From the human T2T-CHM13v2.0 reference genome, Homo sapiens: a DNA stretch of 64,000 nt. The position numbers and the translations under genes were made by a program. The stretch lies in the NCBI RefSeq assembly GCF_009914755.1, contig NC_060932.1; one strand, written 5' to 3'. Shown in pieces: positions 29,085 through 42,122 of this stretch (positions within the stretch are counted from its first letter, which is position 1; every line of letters begins with the position of its first letter). Under the pieces are notes generated by a model. It did no database searches and was not told the DNA's origin. It saw only the letters and a list, made by a program, of their open reading frames with translations.

Positions 29085-31401
29085 TGATATGGTTTGGCTG
29101 TGTCCCCACCCAAATCTCATCTTGAATTGTAGCTCCAATAATTCTCACATGTCATGGGAGGGACCTGATGGGAGACAACTGAATCATGGGAGTGGGACTT
29201 TTCCATGCTGTTCTTGTGATAGTGAATAAGTCTCATGAGATCTGCTGGTTTTATAAAGGGGAGTTTCCCTGCACATGATTTCTTGCATGCCGCCATGTAA
29301 GACATGATTTTACTCATCATTTGCCTTCTGCCATTATTGTGAGGCCTCCCCAGCCATGTGCAACTGTGAGTCAATTAAACCTCTTTCCTTTATAAATTGC
29401 CCAGTATTGGGTTGTATGTCTTTATTAGCAGTGTGAGAACAGACTAATACAGTAAATTGGTGCCAGGAGTGGAGTATTGCTGTAAAGATACCCAAAGATG
29501 TATAATCAACTTTGAAACTAGGTAACAGGCAGAGAGTGGAACAGTTTGAAGGGCTCAGAAGACAGGAAGGTGTGAAAAAGTTTGGAACTCCCTAGAGACT
29601 TATTGAATAACTTTGTTCAAAATGCTGATAGTGATATGGACAATGAAGTCCTGGTTGAGTAGTCTCAGATAGAGATGAGGAACTTGTTGGAAAGTAAAAT
29701 AAAGGTGACTCTTGCTATGTTTAGCAGGTGGCATTTTGTCCCTGCCCTAGAGATCTGTAGATCTTTGAACTTGAGAGAGATAATTTAGGGTATCAGACGG
29801 AAGAAATTTCTAAGCAACAAAGCATTTAAGAGGTGATTTGGTGCTGCTAAGTATTAATATATTAATGTATTTATGTATTAATAAAGATATGGTTTGGAAT
29901 TGGAACTTATGTTTAAAAGGGAAGCAGAGCATTAAAGTTCAGAAAATGTGCAGGCTGATGATGCAATTCAAAAGCAAAACCCATTTTCTGAGGAGAAATT
30001 CAAGCTGGCTGCAAAAATTTGTATAGAAGCCAAATGTTAATTGCTGGGACAATGGGGAAAATATCTCCAGGGCATTTCAGAGGTCTTCATGGCAGCGCCC
30101 CCCATAACAAGCTGGTAGGCCTAGGAGGAAAAAATGGTTTCATGGGCTGGGCCCAGGACCTTGCTGCTTTGTACAGTCCGGAGACTTGGTGCCCTGCATC
30201 CCAGTTGTGGCTAAAAGGGGCCAATGTACAGCTCAGGCTGTTGTTTCAGAGGGTGCAAGCCCCTAGCCTTGGCAGCATACACGTGGTATTGGGCTTGCAG
30301 AGGCACAGAAATTAAGAACTGAGGTTTGAGAACCTCCACCTAGATTTCAGAGGATGTATGGAAATACCTGGATGTCCAGGCAGAGGTGTGCTGCAGGAGC
30401 ACAGCCCTCAAGGAGAATCTCTGCTAGTGCAGTGCACAAGGGAAATGTGCAGTGGGAATCCCCACACAGAGTCACCACTGGGACAATGCCTAGTGGAGCT
30501 GTGAGATGAGGGCCACTGTCCTTCAGACCCCAGAATGGTAGATCCACTGACAGCTTGTACCTTGGACCTGGAAAAGCCACAGACACTCATTGCCAGTCTA
30601 TGAAAGCAGCCAGGATGGGGGTGATACCCTGCAAAGCCACAGCTGTGTAGCTGCTCAAGACCATGGGAACCCCCTCCCTTGCATCAGTGTGACCTGGATG
30701 TGAGACATGGAGTCAAAGGAGATCATTTTGGCGCTTACTGCCCTGCTGGATTTTGGACTTCCAAGGGGCCTGTAGCTCCTTTGTTTGGCCAGTTTCTCCC
30801 ATTTGCAATAGGTGTATTTACCCAATGCCTGTACCCCCATTGTATCTTGGAAGTAATTAACATGCTTTTGATTTTACAGGCTCATAGGTGGAAGGGACTT
30901 GCTTTATCTCAGATGAGACTTTGGACTCTGGATTTTTGAGTTAATGCTGAAATGTGTTAAGACTTTGGGGGACAGTTGGGAAGGCATGATTCATTTTGAA
31001 ATGTGAGGACATGAGATTTGGTAGGGGCCAGGAGTGGAATGTTATGGTTTGGCTGTGTCCCCACCCAAATCTCATCTTGAATTATAGCTCCCATAATTCC
31101 CACATGTCATGGGAGGGACCCAGTGGGAGGTAGTTGAATCTTGGCTGTGGGTTTTTCCCATGCTGTTCTCATGATAGTGAATAAGTCTCACAATATCTGA
31201 TGGTTTTATAAAGGGGAGTTCCCCTGCACACACTCTCTTGCCTCCCACCATGTAAGACATGACTTTTCCCCACCTTTGCCTTCTGCCATGATTGTGAGGC
31301 CTCCTCAGCCATGGAGCTGTGAGTCCATTAAACCTCTTTCCTTTATAAATTACCCAGTCTTAGGTATGTCTTTATTAGAAGCATGAGAACAGACTAATAT
31401 A
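29085..31401 (+). mobile_element. Full-length THE1B: 5'LTR 29085-29451, internal 29452-31039, 3'LTR 31040-31401
   Basis: Two ~365-bp direct LTRs (tgatatggtttggctgtgtccccacccaaatctcatc...gactaataca); THE1-int starts gtaaattgg; purine tract before the 3'LTR. Confidence 0.95.
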
Positions 31402-33488
31402 CCATATATAAAATAGAGAAACATCTATCATTCCTTAAGGATTCTTTTAAGCTTTAAGGCTTCAATGTTGGTGTGAATGTGGGGAAACTTAGGAGAGTGA
31501 CTGGGGAGTTATGTTGTTCAAGGATTCTTCTGCCTTTCTTCAAGCCCAGCAATCCTCTCATTGAATGCCTCTCTTCTCTGAGTTCCCTGGAGGACCTTTT
31601 TTAATCCCTCTATTTCACATAACAGTGGTCACTAAAGACACATGATTTCAGGGATGACTCAATTTTTTAATTCATTCTTAATAAGATTCACAACTAGCAG
31701 GACACACAGCAAATGGTTATCCTCCTAGTACCTACAGGTGTGAAACCTAATCTAGTCAATTCTTATACAAGGCCTGCAGGTCAAAACAAACCAATCCCAC
31801 ATACAAATCCTATTTGCAAAAACTAATCAATCTCTTAACAAAAAGTGGAGTTAGAATGTAGCTTTACGTCATTTGCATTAATTAAATATATCAAAGAAGA
31901 TGGAATGTATGCTATCAGAATTTACAATATAGAGAAGAAAGTCATTTTAAGTTATATAACTACAGAAATGGATACCTTTAGTGAAAGACAAAAGTTGTCT
32001 TTAAAATGAATGACTCTTTCCAAATTTTATTAAAAGCAGAGATAATCAAGACTGTTGTGCTGATGTTATTTACTTTGCATGTGTTTGTTATTGGCAAGAA
32101 TGCATTTTCCATTTCTTGTAGACAAGCAGAAAGCCACAGAGACTATTTAAATTCAAATTCTGGGAAATCAAGAACTACACAACAGTCAGCCATCTACAAA
32201 TTGATGATCAACATGATGTCTAGACAGTTTCTCATGAGGGCAACATTATTAATTAAGCAGCAGTTTGGTTAATCACAATAGCAAAAGTAATTTTTGGAGT
32301 AAATATTTCATGAGTATGCCCATCAATAAGGCAAAAGTAAAAGGAAATGTTTTAATTAATTCATTTATAATAATATAGAGATTATGGTTGGCAAATTCTG
32401 TTTGAGGACTTGAAGAATGATTTAATATTTCTAGTATGGCATGTCATTGTCTTATTGTTTTCAGCTAATGGTACTGTCTATCTCCATTGCCTGGCCAAAA
32501 ATTCTTTCATGTCATCTATCAAGACAATATTAAGGTCCATTAGTGAATAGTTAGATCTGACAAATTTTTTCTTGCTATACATTGTTCTGTTCTTTTAAAA
32601 CTGTGCATTCCTACATTTATCAGTAAGAAAATATTCACTGGATAGGGAGACATAACATGCTTCCATGTTAAGAAACTAACCTTACTTTCTGTCCATCAAA
32701 AGACTTGTTATTTGGAAAAGGAAAAATAAATAAATTGACCAGTTCTCTTTAGCACATAGACAATGAATCTTTTCAGAAAATGCAGTTAAACCAATATTTT
32801 TATAATAATCCATGGTCTTAAAATTATAAGAAAGAAATATAAGTTACATAGAACTTAAGTAAACACATATTTCTGAAAAAATTATCCAAAGAGCTTACTC
32901 TCTTTTGCCTTCATAAAAGTTCATCTATAACCATCTTCACATACATAGCTTGCTTCATGTCTCATCCTACTCCCAAACCTCTCTTTGAATTTCAACTGTA
33001 TTTACTTGAAGGATAAAATGAAGACTAAAAAGCTTGCATTTATTTTTCAATGTTAGTCATCTGGTCAACATCTTCATTTTTAGCCTAGAAGAAAGTGTGC
33101 ATTAAAATCACATAAAAATTTCCTGCAACAAGTACAATTTTATTTTATATTATACAGATTTCTTAGAGGGTATTTAGATTTTTATCCTTAAATATATGAA
33201 TATGTATAACAAAATAATATATGGTTCAACTACTAACAGTTAATACTTTCCAGTCCTCTTACAACAGTGGAAAGATAATTTAGTAGAGGGTGGTATACAC
33301 TTAGTTTCAGGTCAAGATTCTTCCATCGGGACAGGATTTTTTTTTTTTTCAAGGGAAATTGGTCTCCTGTTGGATTTCCAGGCTCAACTCCATCAAATTA
33401 ACTCTACATATTGATATGTGAAAACAATGTATCAGCATGACTGAGTTTGTTCTCAAGAGACGTTCTCATCAATCCTCAGGCCTTTCTT

Positions 33489-33554
33489 CCAGTAAATGCC
33501 AATGGATGAACCAGTAAATGCTGATGGACCAACCAATAAATGCTGATGGACTCC
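33489..33554. repeat. 22-bp tandem repeat x3 (ccagtaaatgctgatggaccaa)
   Basis: Direct reading. Confidence 0.85.
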
Positions 33555-34547
33555 AGCATGACAAATTGAATGAGCCAATATTAGAAAACACCAAAATACG
33601 TATTTCCTGTCAAAGAGGCTAACAATATGTTAACGTATACTTTAGGCATCATTCTCATATTGAAAAACATCAAAAAAGACAAAATAATAATTCGCTTTAA
33701 GTCAATATAAAGGTGTGGGTAGAAGTATTATATTTTTTCCAAAAAAGAGGGAGGCAATGTATTAGAACATTAGAAAATAATATTCGTTGTGGCATTAAGC
33801 TATCATGAAGACTTTAGCTTTACACTGGAAAAGTCCCATAGTACTCAATCAAAACATTTTGATATATCTTTGCTTACCTCTCACCTATATGCATGAAAAA
33901 ATAATGATTTGTGGGATTTAACTTACCTGAGTTTGTTGTGGAGGAATAATCATTGGAATACAAAAACTATCAAGCAACTATGGGCTTACGATCCAATAAG
34001 CAACTTCCAAGATAGAATTCGCAATGCATCATCTAAATTTCTGTCTATAGGCAAAACAACAGAACTCCTCGTTCGGAAATTTTCCATTGCAGCCTGATTC
34101 CTCCATTCTGTTACTATCCTTCTCCTTCCTTGCAGTGACACTGAAAGAAAATCCAGAGTGTCAGTCATTTTAGTCACAGTTTATAGGAAGAGACTCTTGA
34201 TCTGCCTGGCTGCTGCTTGGTCTAGCTCTTTAGGTTTCAAAAGAAATCTGGTTTATCCATGTTTATGACACTAGAACTCATGTTGCCCAAACTTACTGAA
34301 CTATTTTTCAAGCTAAAGGATCATCTTTGAAGTAAGTTCTCCAAAGTAATGAATTCAAAGAGGTATACAAAGTAACAACAGAAAATGCATGTATCAAAAG
34401 GTGTACACAGGATAATCCGTGGAAGCATGGGAAGTTGCAGCTTCTTTTTCTATTTATTTTTTATCTAAAAACCTAAGGAACATTAGCTTGTAACAATATC
34501 TGACTTATAGTTTAACACTGGTAGCCTCACTAGGCCCACATGCCAGA

Positions 34548-36052
<1,505 letters not shown>

Positions 36053-36456
36053 TGCTAGCAGCAACCTGTGTGGAGCAAAACTCCATACTATAATGCAGTT
36101 AGCAGTGACGATCGTGTTGGGTGTATTGAGATGAATTACAATCTCTGTGCAGGATTTAGTAGATTTACAGATTATATTATCTGTTTTTAAGAAAACTAAT
36201 GTTCACAAAATTTCAAGTGGCAAAGACGTTATCTTGGAAGAATCCATGCATTAAAGATAAAACTAATTATGGACACAAATGAATTATTTTAATAGCAGAG
36301 TTGACAGGTGTCCTCCTCTTAGTACAAGCTCCCTGTCAAGTACAATGCAAAATAAAAACAACAATGATCTAATCAAAGTGAAAAGACAATACCCCCAGAA
36401 TTTGAAATTGTCAAGAAAACTGTTTGAAATGTGCTATTTAAAATAATTACGATCTG

Positions 36457-37092
36457 TTTACACACTTTTGGTGGGAGAGTAAATTAGGTCAACCATCGTG
36501 AAAATCGGTGTGGCAATTCCTCAAAGAGCAAAAAGCAGAACTACCATGAAACCCAGCAATCCTGTTACTGGGTATATACCCAAAGGAATATAAATCACTC
36601 TATTATAAAGAGACATGCATGCCTATGTTTATTGATGCACTATTCTCAATAGTAAAAACACGGAATCAACCCAAATACCCATCAATGATAGACTGGATAA
36701 AGAAATTGTGGTACATATACTCCATGGAATACTATGCAACCATAAAAAATAACGAAATCGTATCTTTTGTGGGAAAATGGATGGAGCTGGAGGCTATTTT
36801 CCTTAGCAAACTAATGCAGGAACAGGAAACCAAATATCACATGTTCTCACTTATAAATGAGAGCTAAATGATAAGAACTTATGAACACAAAGAAAGAAAC
36901 AATAGACACTGGGGCCTACTTGAGGGTAGAGGATGGGAGGAAGAAGAGGAGCAGAAAAGATAACTATTGGGTACTGGACTTAATACCTGCGTGATGAAAT
37001 AATCTGTACAACAAACCCCTGGCACATGTTTGCCTATGTAACAAACCTTCACATGTACCCCCAAACCTAAAATAAAAGTTAAATAAATAAAT
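36457..37092 (+). mobile_element. L1PA15/16-like 3' fragment
   Basis: ORF2 end (ORF 36619-36867) and 3'UTR; TSD aaaataattacgatctg / aaaataattatgttctg. Confidence 0.88.
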
Positions 37093-37356
37093 AAAATAAT
37101 TATGTTCTGCTTTTAGGATATATATTTGTAGGTAGGATAAAACATGGACTAGATGTACAAACACCAGATTGATGATCGTAGTTTTCTCCCCAATATCAAA
37201 AGATGGCATTTGCTGACAAGAATGGATTGTTATGAACTGTGACTTGTCAAATATTCCTCTCATCATTTTTTAAAATTAGGATGTCATAATCATACTTCAT
37301 ACATTAAAACTTAAGTAATTTTCTTTTTTTAAGTTTTTTGAGCAGTTACTGTAATC

Positions 37357-37645
37357 TTTTTTTTTTTTTTTTTTGCTATTATACTTTAAGTACTGGGATA
37401 CATGTGCAGAACATGCAGGTTTCTTACATAGGTATGCATGTGCCATGGTGGCTTGCTGCACCCATCAACCTGTCATTTAGGTTTTAAGCCCCACATGCAT
37501 TAGGTATTTGTCCTAATGCTCTCCCTCTCCTTGCCCCCCCACAGGCCCTGGTGTGTGATGTTGCCCTCCCTGTCTCCATGTGTTCCCATTGTTCAACTCC
37601 CACTTATGAGTGAGAACATGAGATGTTTGGTTTTCTGTTCCTGTG
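37357..37645 (-). mobile_element. L1PA8-like 3'UTR fragment
   Basis: Poly-T, then taggttttaagccccacatgcattagg. Confidence 0.88.
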
Positions 37646-37740
37646 TAAGACTTAAGCAATTTTCTCAGTGTCATTTCTCCATCTCCACTGTGGCCTAAAT
37701 TGTGCAGAACCTGCTGCGAGTCTAAATATGAGTTCACAGA

Positions 37741-38195
37741 TGTGATAGGCAGAATAACAGTTCCCTAAAGATTTCCACGTCCTCATCTCTGGAACCTGTG
37801 AATAAATCATTGCACATGGCAAACGAGAATGAATAAAGGTTGCAGATAAAATTGATTGATAATCATGTGACCTTAACATGGAGGGATTGTCCTAAGTTGT
37901 CCAGGTGTGTCCAGCATCCTTAACAGTAGGACAGGAAGGCAGGGGAGGAAGGACCAGGGAGATGGCAGCCTGAGACAGAATCAGTAGCTAAGGAACACAG
38001 GCATCCTCTAGTAGCTGAAAAAGGCAAGGAAACAGAGTTTGCCAGATCTTCCAGGAGTACAGCCCTGCTGACACCTTGATTTTAGCCTCGTAAGGCCCAT
38101 TTCAGACACCTGGCCTTCAGAACTGTAAGATTTGTGTTGTTTTAAGTCACTAAGTTTGCAGCAATCTCTTACAGCAGCAACCGAAAACTAATGCA
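37741..38195 (+). mobile_element. MaLR solo LTR, MLT1D-like
   Basis: tgtgataggcagaataa..ggaacctgtgaata..cagccctgctgacaccttgattttagcc..aactaatgca; flanks acaga / agaga. Confidence 0.85.
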
Positions 38196-38349
38196 AGAGA
38201 GTTCTTGATTTACATGTATGCATGCTTGCAGGTATACACATATACACACACACCCCTAAGGGAGAACCCACCAAGAACTAGAAAGTTGTTTGCTGGCAAA
38301 AGCCTTCTAACATATGGTTTAGTAAGAAAATGTCCCGACGTTATGAAGC

Positions 38350-39030
38350 CATCACTATCACAGGCCAACATAAAGAAACAAAAATTTGCAACAAATACAG
38401 CAAAGGCTTTTTCCCCCATAAGACCTCATATAAATTAATGAAAGCAAGATCAAGTTAATAAATGAGCAAAAAACCTCTGAGGTAATTCACAAAATAAAAA
38501 ACATAAATGGCTAATAAAATATGAAAATACATCAGATGAAAAAGAACTATTGCAAAAATAAATAAATGAAGAGATGCCATTTTGTTTATTTTCTTGGCAT
38601 GTATCTTTAAGTGGAACTCTCCTATGGTATGGAAAAGCAGGCATTGTCAGTCACTGCTGTGATAGGATAGATGATACAAACTTTCCAAAAACCAATATGT
38701 GTAAAAAATAGTCATAAAAATATTCAATGGCACTTCTGAAATAATAATTTTACCTCTGGGAATCAGATCATCAAAAATTCAGGAAAAGCATTAATATTTT
38801 TCACAATATTATTTATAACTTGAAAACAACTTTCAATAATAGAACATTAATACATAGCAGTATATTTAAATAATACAAATTTATGTAGTCATTAATAATT
38901 AAGCTTATGAAGAGTATTAACTTGGGTCATAAGAGTATAAGTGATATATAGCAACTGCAAGAGAGAAAGATTGGAGAGAAATCTATTGTAAAGTTATTAG
39001 TGATGGGATTAGGGACCATTTCTTTCTTGT
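38350..39030 (+). mobile_element. Highly decayed L1ME-type fragment
   Basis: aaatggctaataaaatatgaaaa..gagatgccatttt ORF2-end-like text. Confidence 0.4.
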
Positions 39031-40996
39031 GTATGTAACTGGTTTACTGAATGGGTTGGTAGAATACAGTTGAAAGGCAATTTTGTTTGTTCTCTCACTG
39101 TCCCTTCAAGTACACATTACGGCTTTGTTCAATCTCACCCTTTGGATCATATTTCAAGCAGAATTTATAGCTCTTTTAGCTCCTCAGAGATATTAAATAT
39201 CTAGTCCAGGTTACTGCAAATTCTCATCCACTTAAAAACTCTCCCGCTCAGCTTGGGCCTGATTTCAACTTGCAGATTTGCAGAGAGGAAGGAACACAAC
39301 ACTGCTTCCTCCTCTTCTCACCCCACTTCTCTCACTGTTCCTCTGCGTTATCGTGGGGATGAAGTAGAAGGAGAAATGATGGGAGAAAAGGAGGAAACAA
39401 GGTGTTAGCATGACGGGTTCCATTGTAATCTGGCAGGGATACTCTCTGAGTGTGACAGCTCCCACACGCTCATGCTTCTTCTTGTGGGGTGCTTTTAGGG
39501 GTTCTTCAGAATCCCACCCCACCCCCCTTTAGGATCCCTACCTGTTTCTCGGATGATCAGCCTCCCTGGTTTGCCACTTTGCACCCCTACTTGGCTTCTA
39601 TAGCCAAAGTACCACCATCCTTCTTCTGAGGTCACCTGCCCTACCAGGAAGTCCTCTGGGATGGCTCCAACTCCAGAACAGCACAGGAAGATCTCTCCAG
39701 AGGCCTTACCCCCAGGCTAAGGGCACACACACACATCCTGCCCTACCAATTCCACCCAGTCCTGTCTCCACACACTGTAACCAAAAGCCCCTCTAGACAC
39801 AGCCTCTTGCCTTCTGACTCTTCCAAGTGTGAGTTGGGTGCCAAGCCCCATGCTTCCCAAAATGTAAGAAATGTTAAGCTCCCCAAGTGCTTTCGCAGCA
39901 CCCCCTCACCTGGCTTGAGGTGAGAGGAGGTGCCCGCTGGGTGGGAGGAACCATCAGCACCCTGGCAGATTTCTCTGTAAGTCCTTCTCCTAAGACCTCA
40001 CCCTAAACTTTTCCCTAACCTCTCACCCTCTCAGGGCTTCTTGGCCTTTGTCCAGACAGTCCAGAGATGGATGACAAGCTCAGGGTCCTAATTCACATGG
40101 GCAGTCAAAAGCCCCAGATATCTTGTTCTCTGCATTGGAAACTTTAGCCTTTGACACCAGGACTATCAGAAAAAGTTTCTTTTCCCGGTATTATTTTATA
40201 ATGGGGGTAAAGGGTAGAAACAAACGTTAACAAAGACAAGAAGATAAACTATAGCAGCTATCAAGTATCTATTTTTCATACCTATTGAAGTGCTTATAGT
40301 AAGTATTTTTAGACTGGACTAGATTCATAGACAATTTTGTCCTCTAGGAACTGCAGTGTCTTTGGCTCCATGGAATAAAAATCGTCCTCTTAGCATCATA
40401 AATGCAGAGGTTAAATTCTACTCCTGCATTTATTCTCTGAATTACTAGTATCCAAAGTACAAATCATCTCTTCTGTTTTATTTTATCACTACTGAATCAC
40501 CAGCAAGTTAACGTGTTTTCTTGTGGTTTGATTAACAAAGCAATTTAGTATCCAAATATGATTTACATTCCCAGAGCATTTTAAATAATTAAGTAGATGA
40601 TTGGTATTTAATTTATAAGCAACATGATTTGATTCCTTCTGTAGCTTTTAAACATTAAAATAGTTATAGTTAATTAGTGCTAGTACAAAATGCTCAATCA
40701 TCAGAAAAAAATCAAAACTTTAAAATGGATTTCTTAATAATCTTTGCTGATTATAAAATACAGGAACTGTAAGTCCCAAATCAAAATCTAAGTGAAATAT
40801 CTAGAAACTGGTTTCTTCCCCCATTTCTGTGTACTTTTTAGAAAGCTATTAAGGCTGCATAGAAATGAAAAGGCTCTTTTAAAATCACAGCTATCATTTT
40901 AAAAGAGTTTTTCCACTGCAAACTCTTAAAAGTTGCTCATAAATATTTATCTTTATTAGATTATATTGGCTCTTTAAGTATGGAAACTTGGCATAG

Positions 40997-41167
<171 letters not shown>

Positions 41168-41798
41168 TGAAATGAAATCTTTTATATTTGGAGTCTAAAA
41201 TGATTGAACTCAGCACACTAAAGTTACAGTCAAAAGTTGACAGACTGAATTGCACACAAATAAGGTGACACTACATATAGAAACACTCAATTTGTGAGAG
41301 CACGTGCAGAGACTTAGAAGGACAAGGACTGCTGTCATATCATATATTAGCAACTTTTCATCAGACACCTAACCATTATGCCGAGTAGACAGTCAGCGGT
41401 TGTTTTACCTATTACCAATTTTAGGCATGTTGATGGCAGAATTTTGAAGTCTGAGTAACAGTAATGATATCAATACAATAATACATTACAGAAAGATCTA
41501 TATGTATATAAACCATATAAAATGCAATGAAAAAAACTAAAATTTACAACCTTCCAGATGAGATGCAAAAAAAAAAAAATTTACGAGGTGCTAAAAAAAA
41601 GTTAATGGGATGCTTAAAAGCTAAATCATGTTTTAACAGAACACCCAAAGGAAAAACATTTATTAATATTATGACCTGAAGTTATATGATAGAGCTTTAG
41701 CACCATAGGTCAACAAATGACTTTCATTGAGTACCTGCTGATGTATAAGACACTTCTTGGCACAACTCTGTTAGGGACTCACATTTTTTTATTTACTT

Positions 41799-41803
<5 letters not shown>

Positions 41804-41841
<38 letters not shown>

Positions 41842-42122
41842 AGACGGAGTCTCCCTCTGTCGCCCAGGCTGGAGTGCAGTGGCGTGATCTCAGTTCACTG
41901 CAAGCTCCGCCTCCCAGGTTCACACCATTCTCCTGCCTCAGCCTCCTGAGTGGCTGGAACTACAGGCACCCGCCACCATGTCCGGCTAATTTTTTTGTAT
42001 TTTTAGTAGAGAAGGGGTTTCACCGTGTTAGCCAGGATGGTCTCGATCTCCTGACCTCGTGATCCACCCGCCTCGGCCTCCCAAAGTGCTGGGATTACAG
42101 GCGTCAGCCACCATGCCCAGCC
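41804..42122 (-). mobile_element. AluY with a pure T37 tail
   Basis: AluY diagnostics (gcaagctccgcc, ccgtgttagccaggatggtctcgatctcctgacctcgtg); TSD tactttcaaa. Confidence 0.95.

Noticed and set aside
36457-37645. Tail-to-tail L1 3' fragments as a twin-primed inversion or long hairpin
   Set aside because: They are different subfamilies, each with its own tail, and the first has its own TSD. These are independent insertions with limited complementarity.
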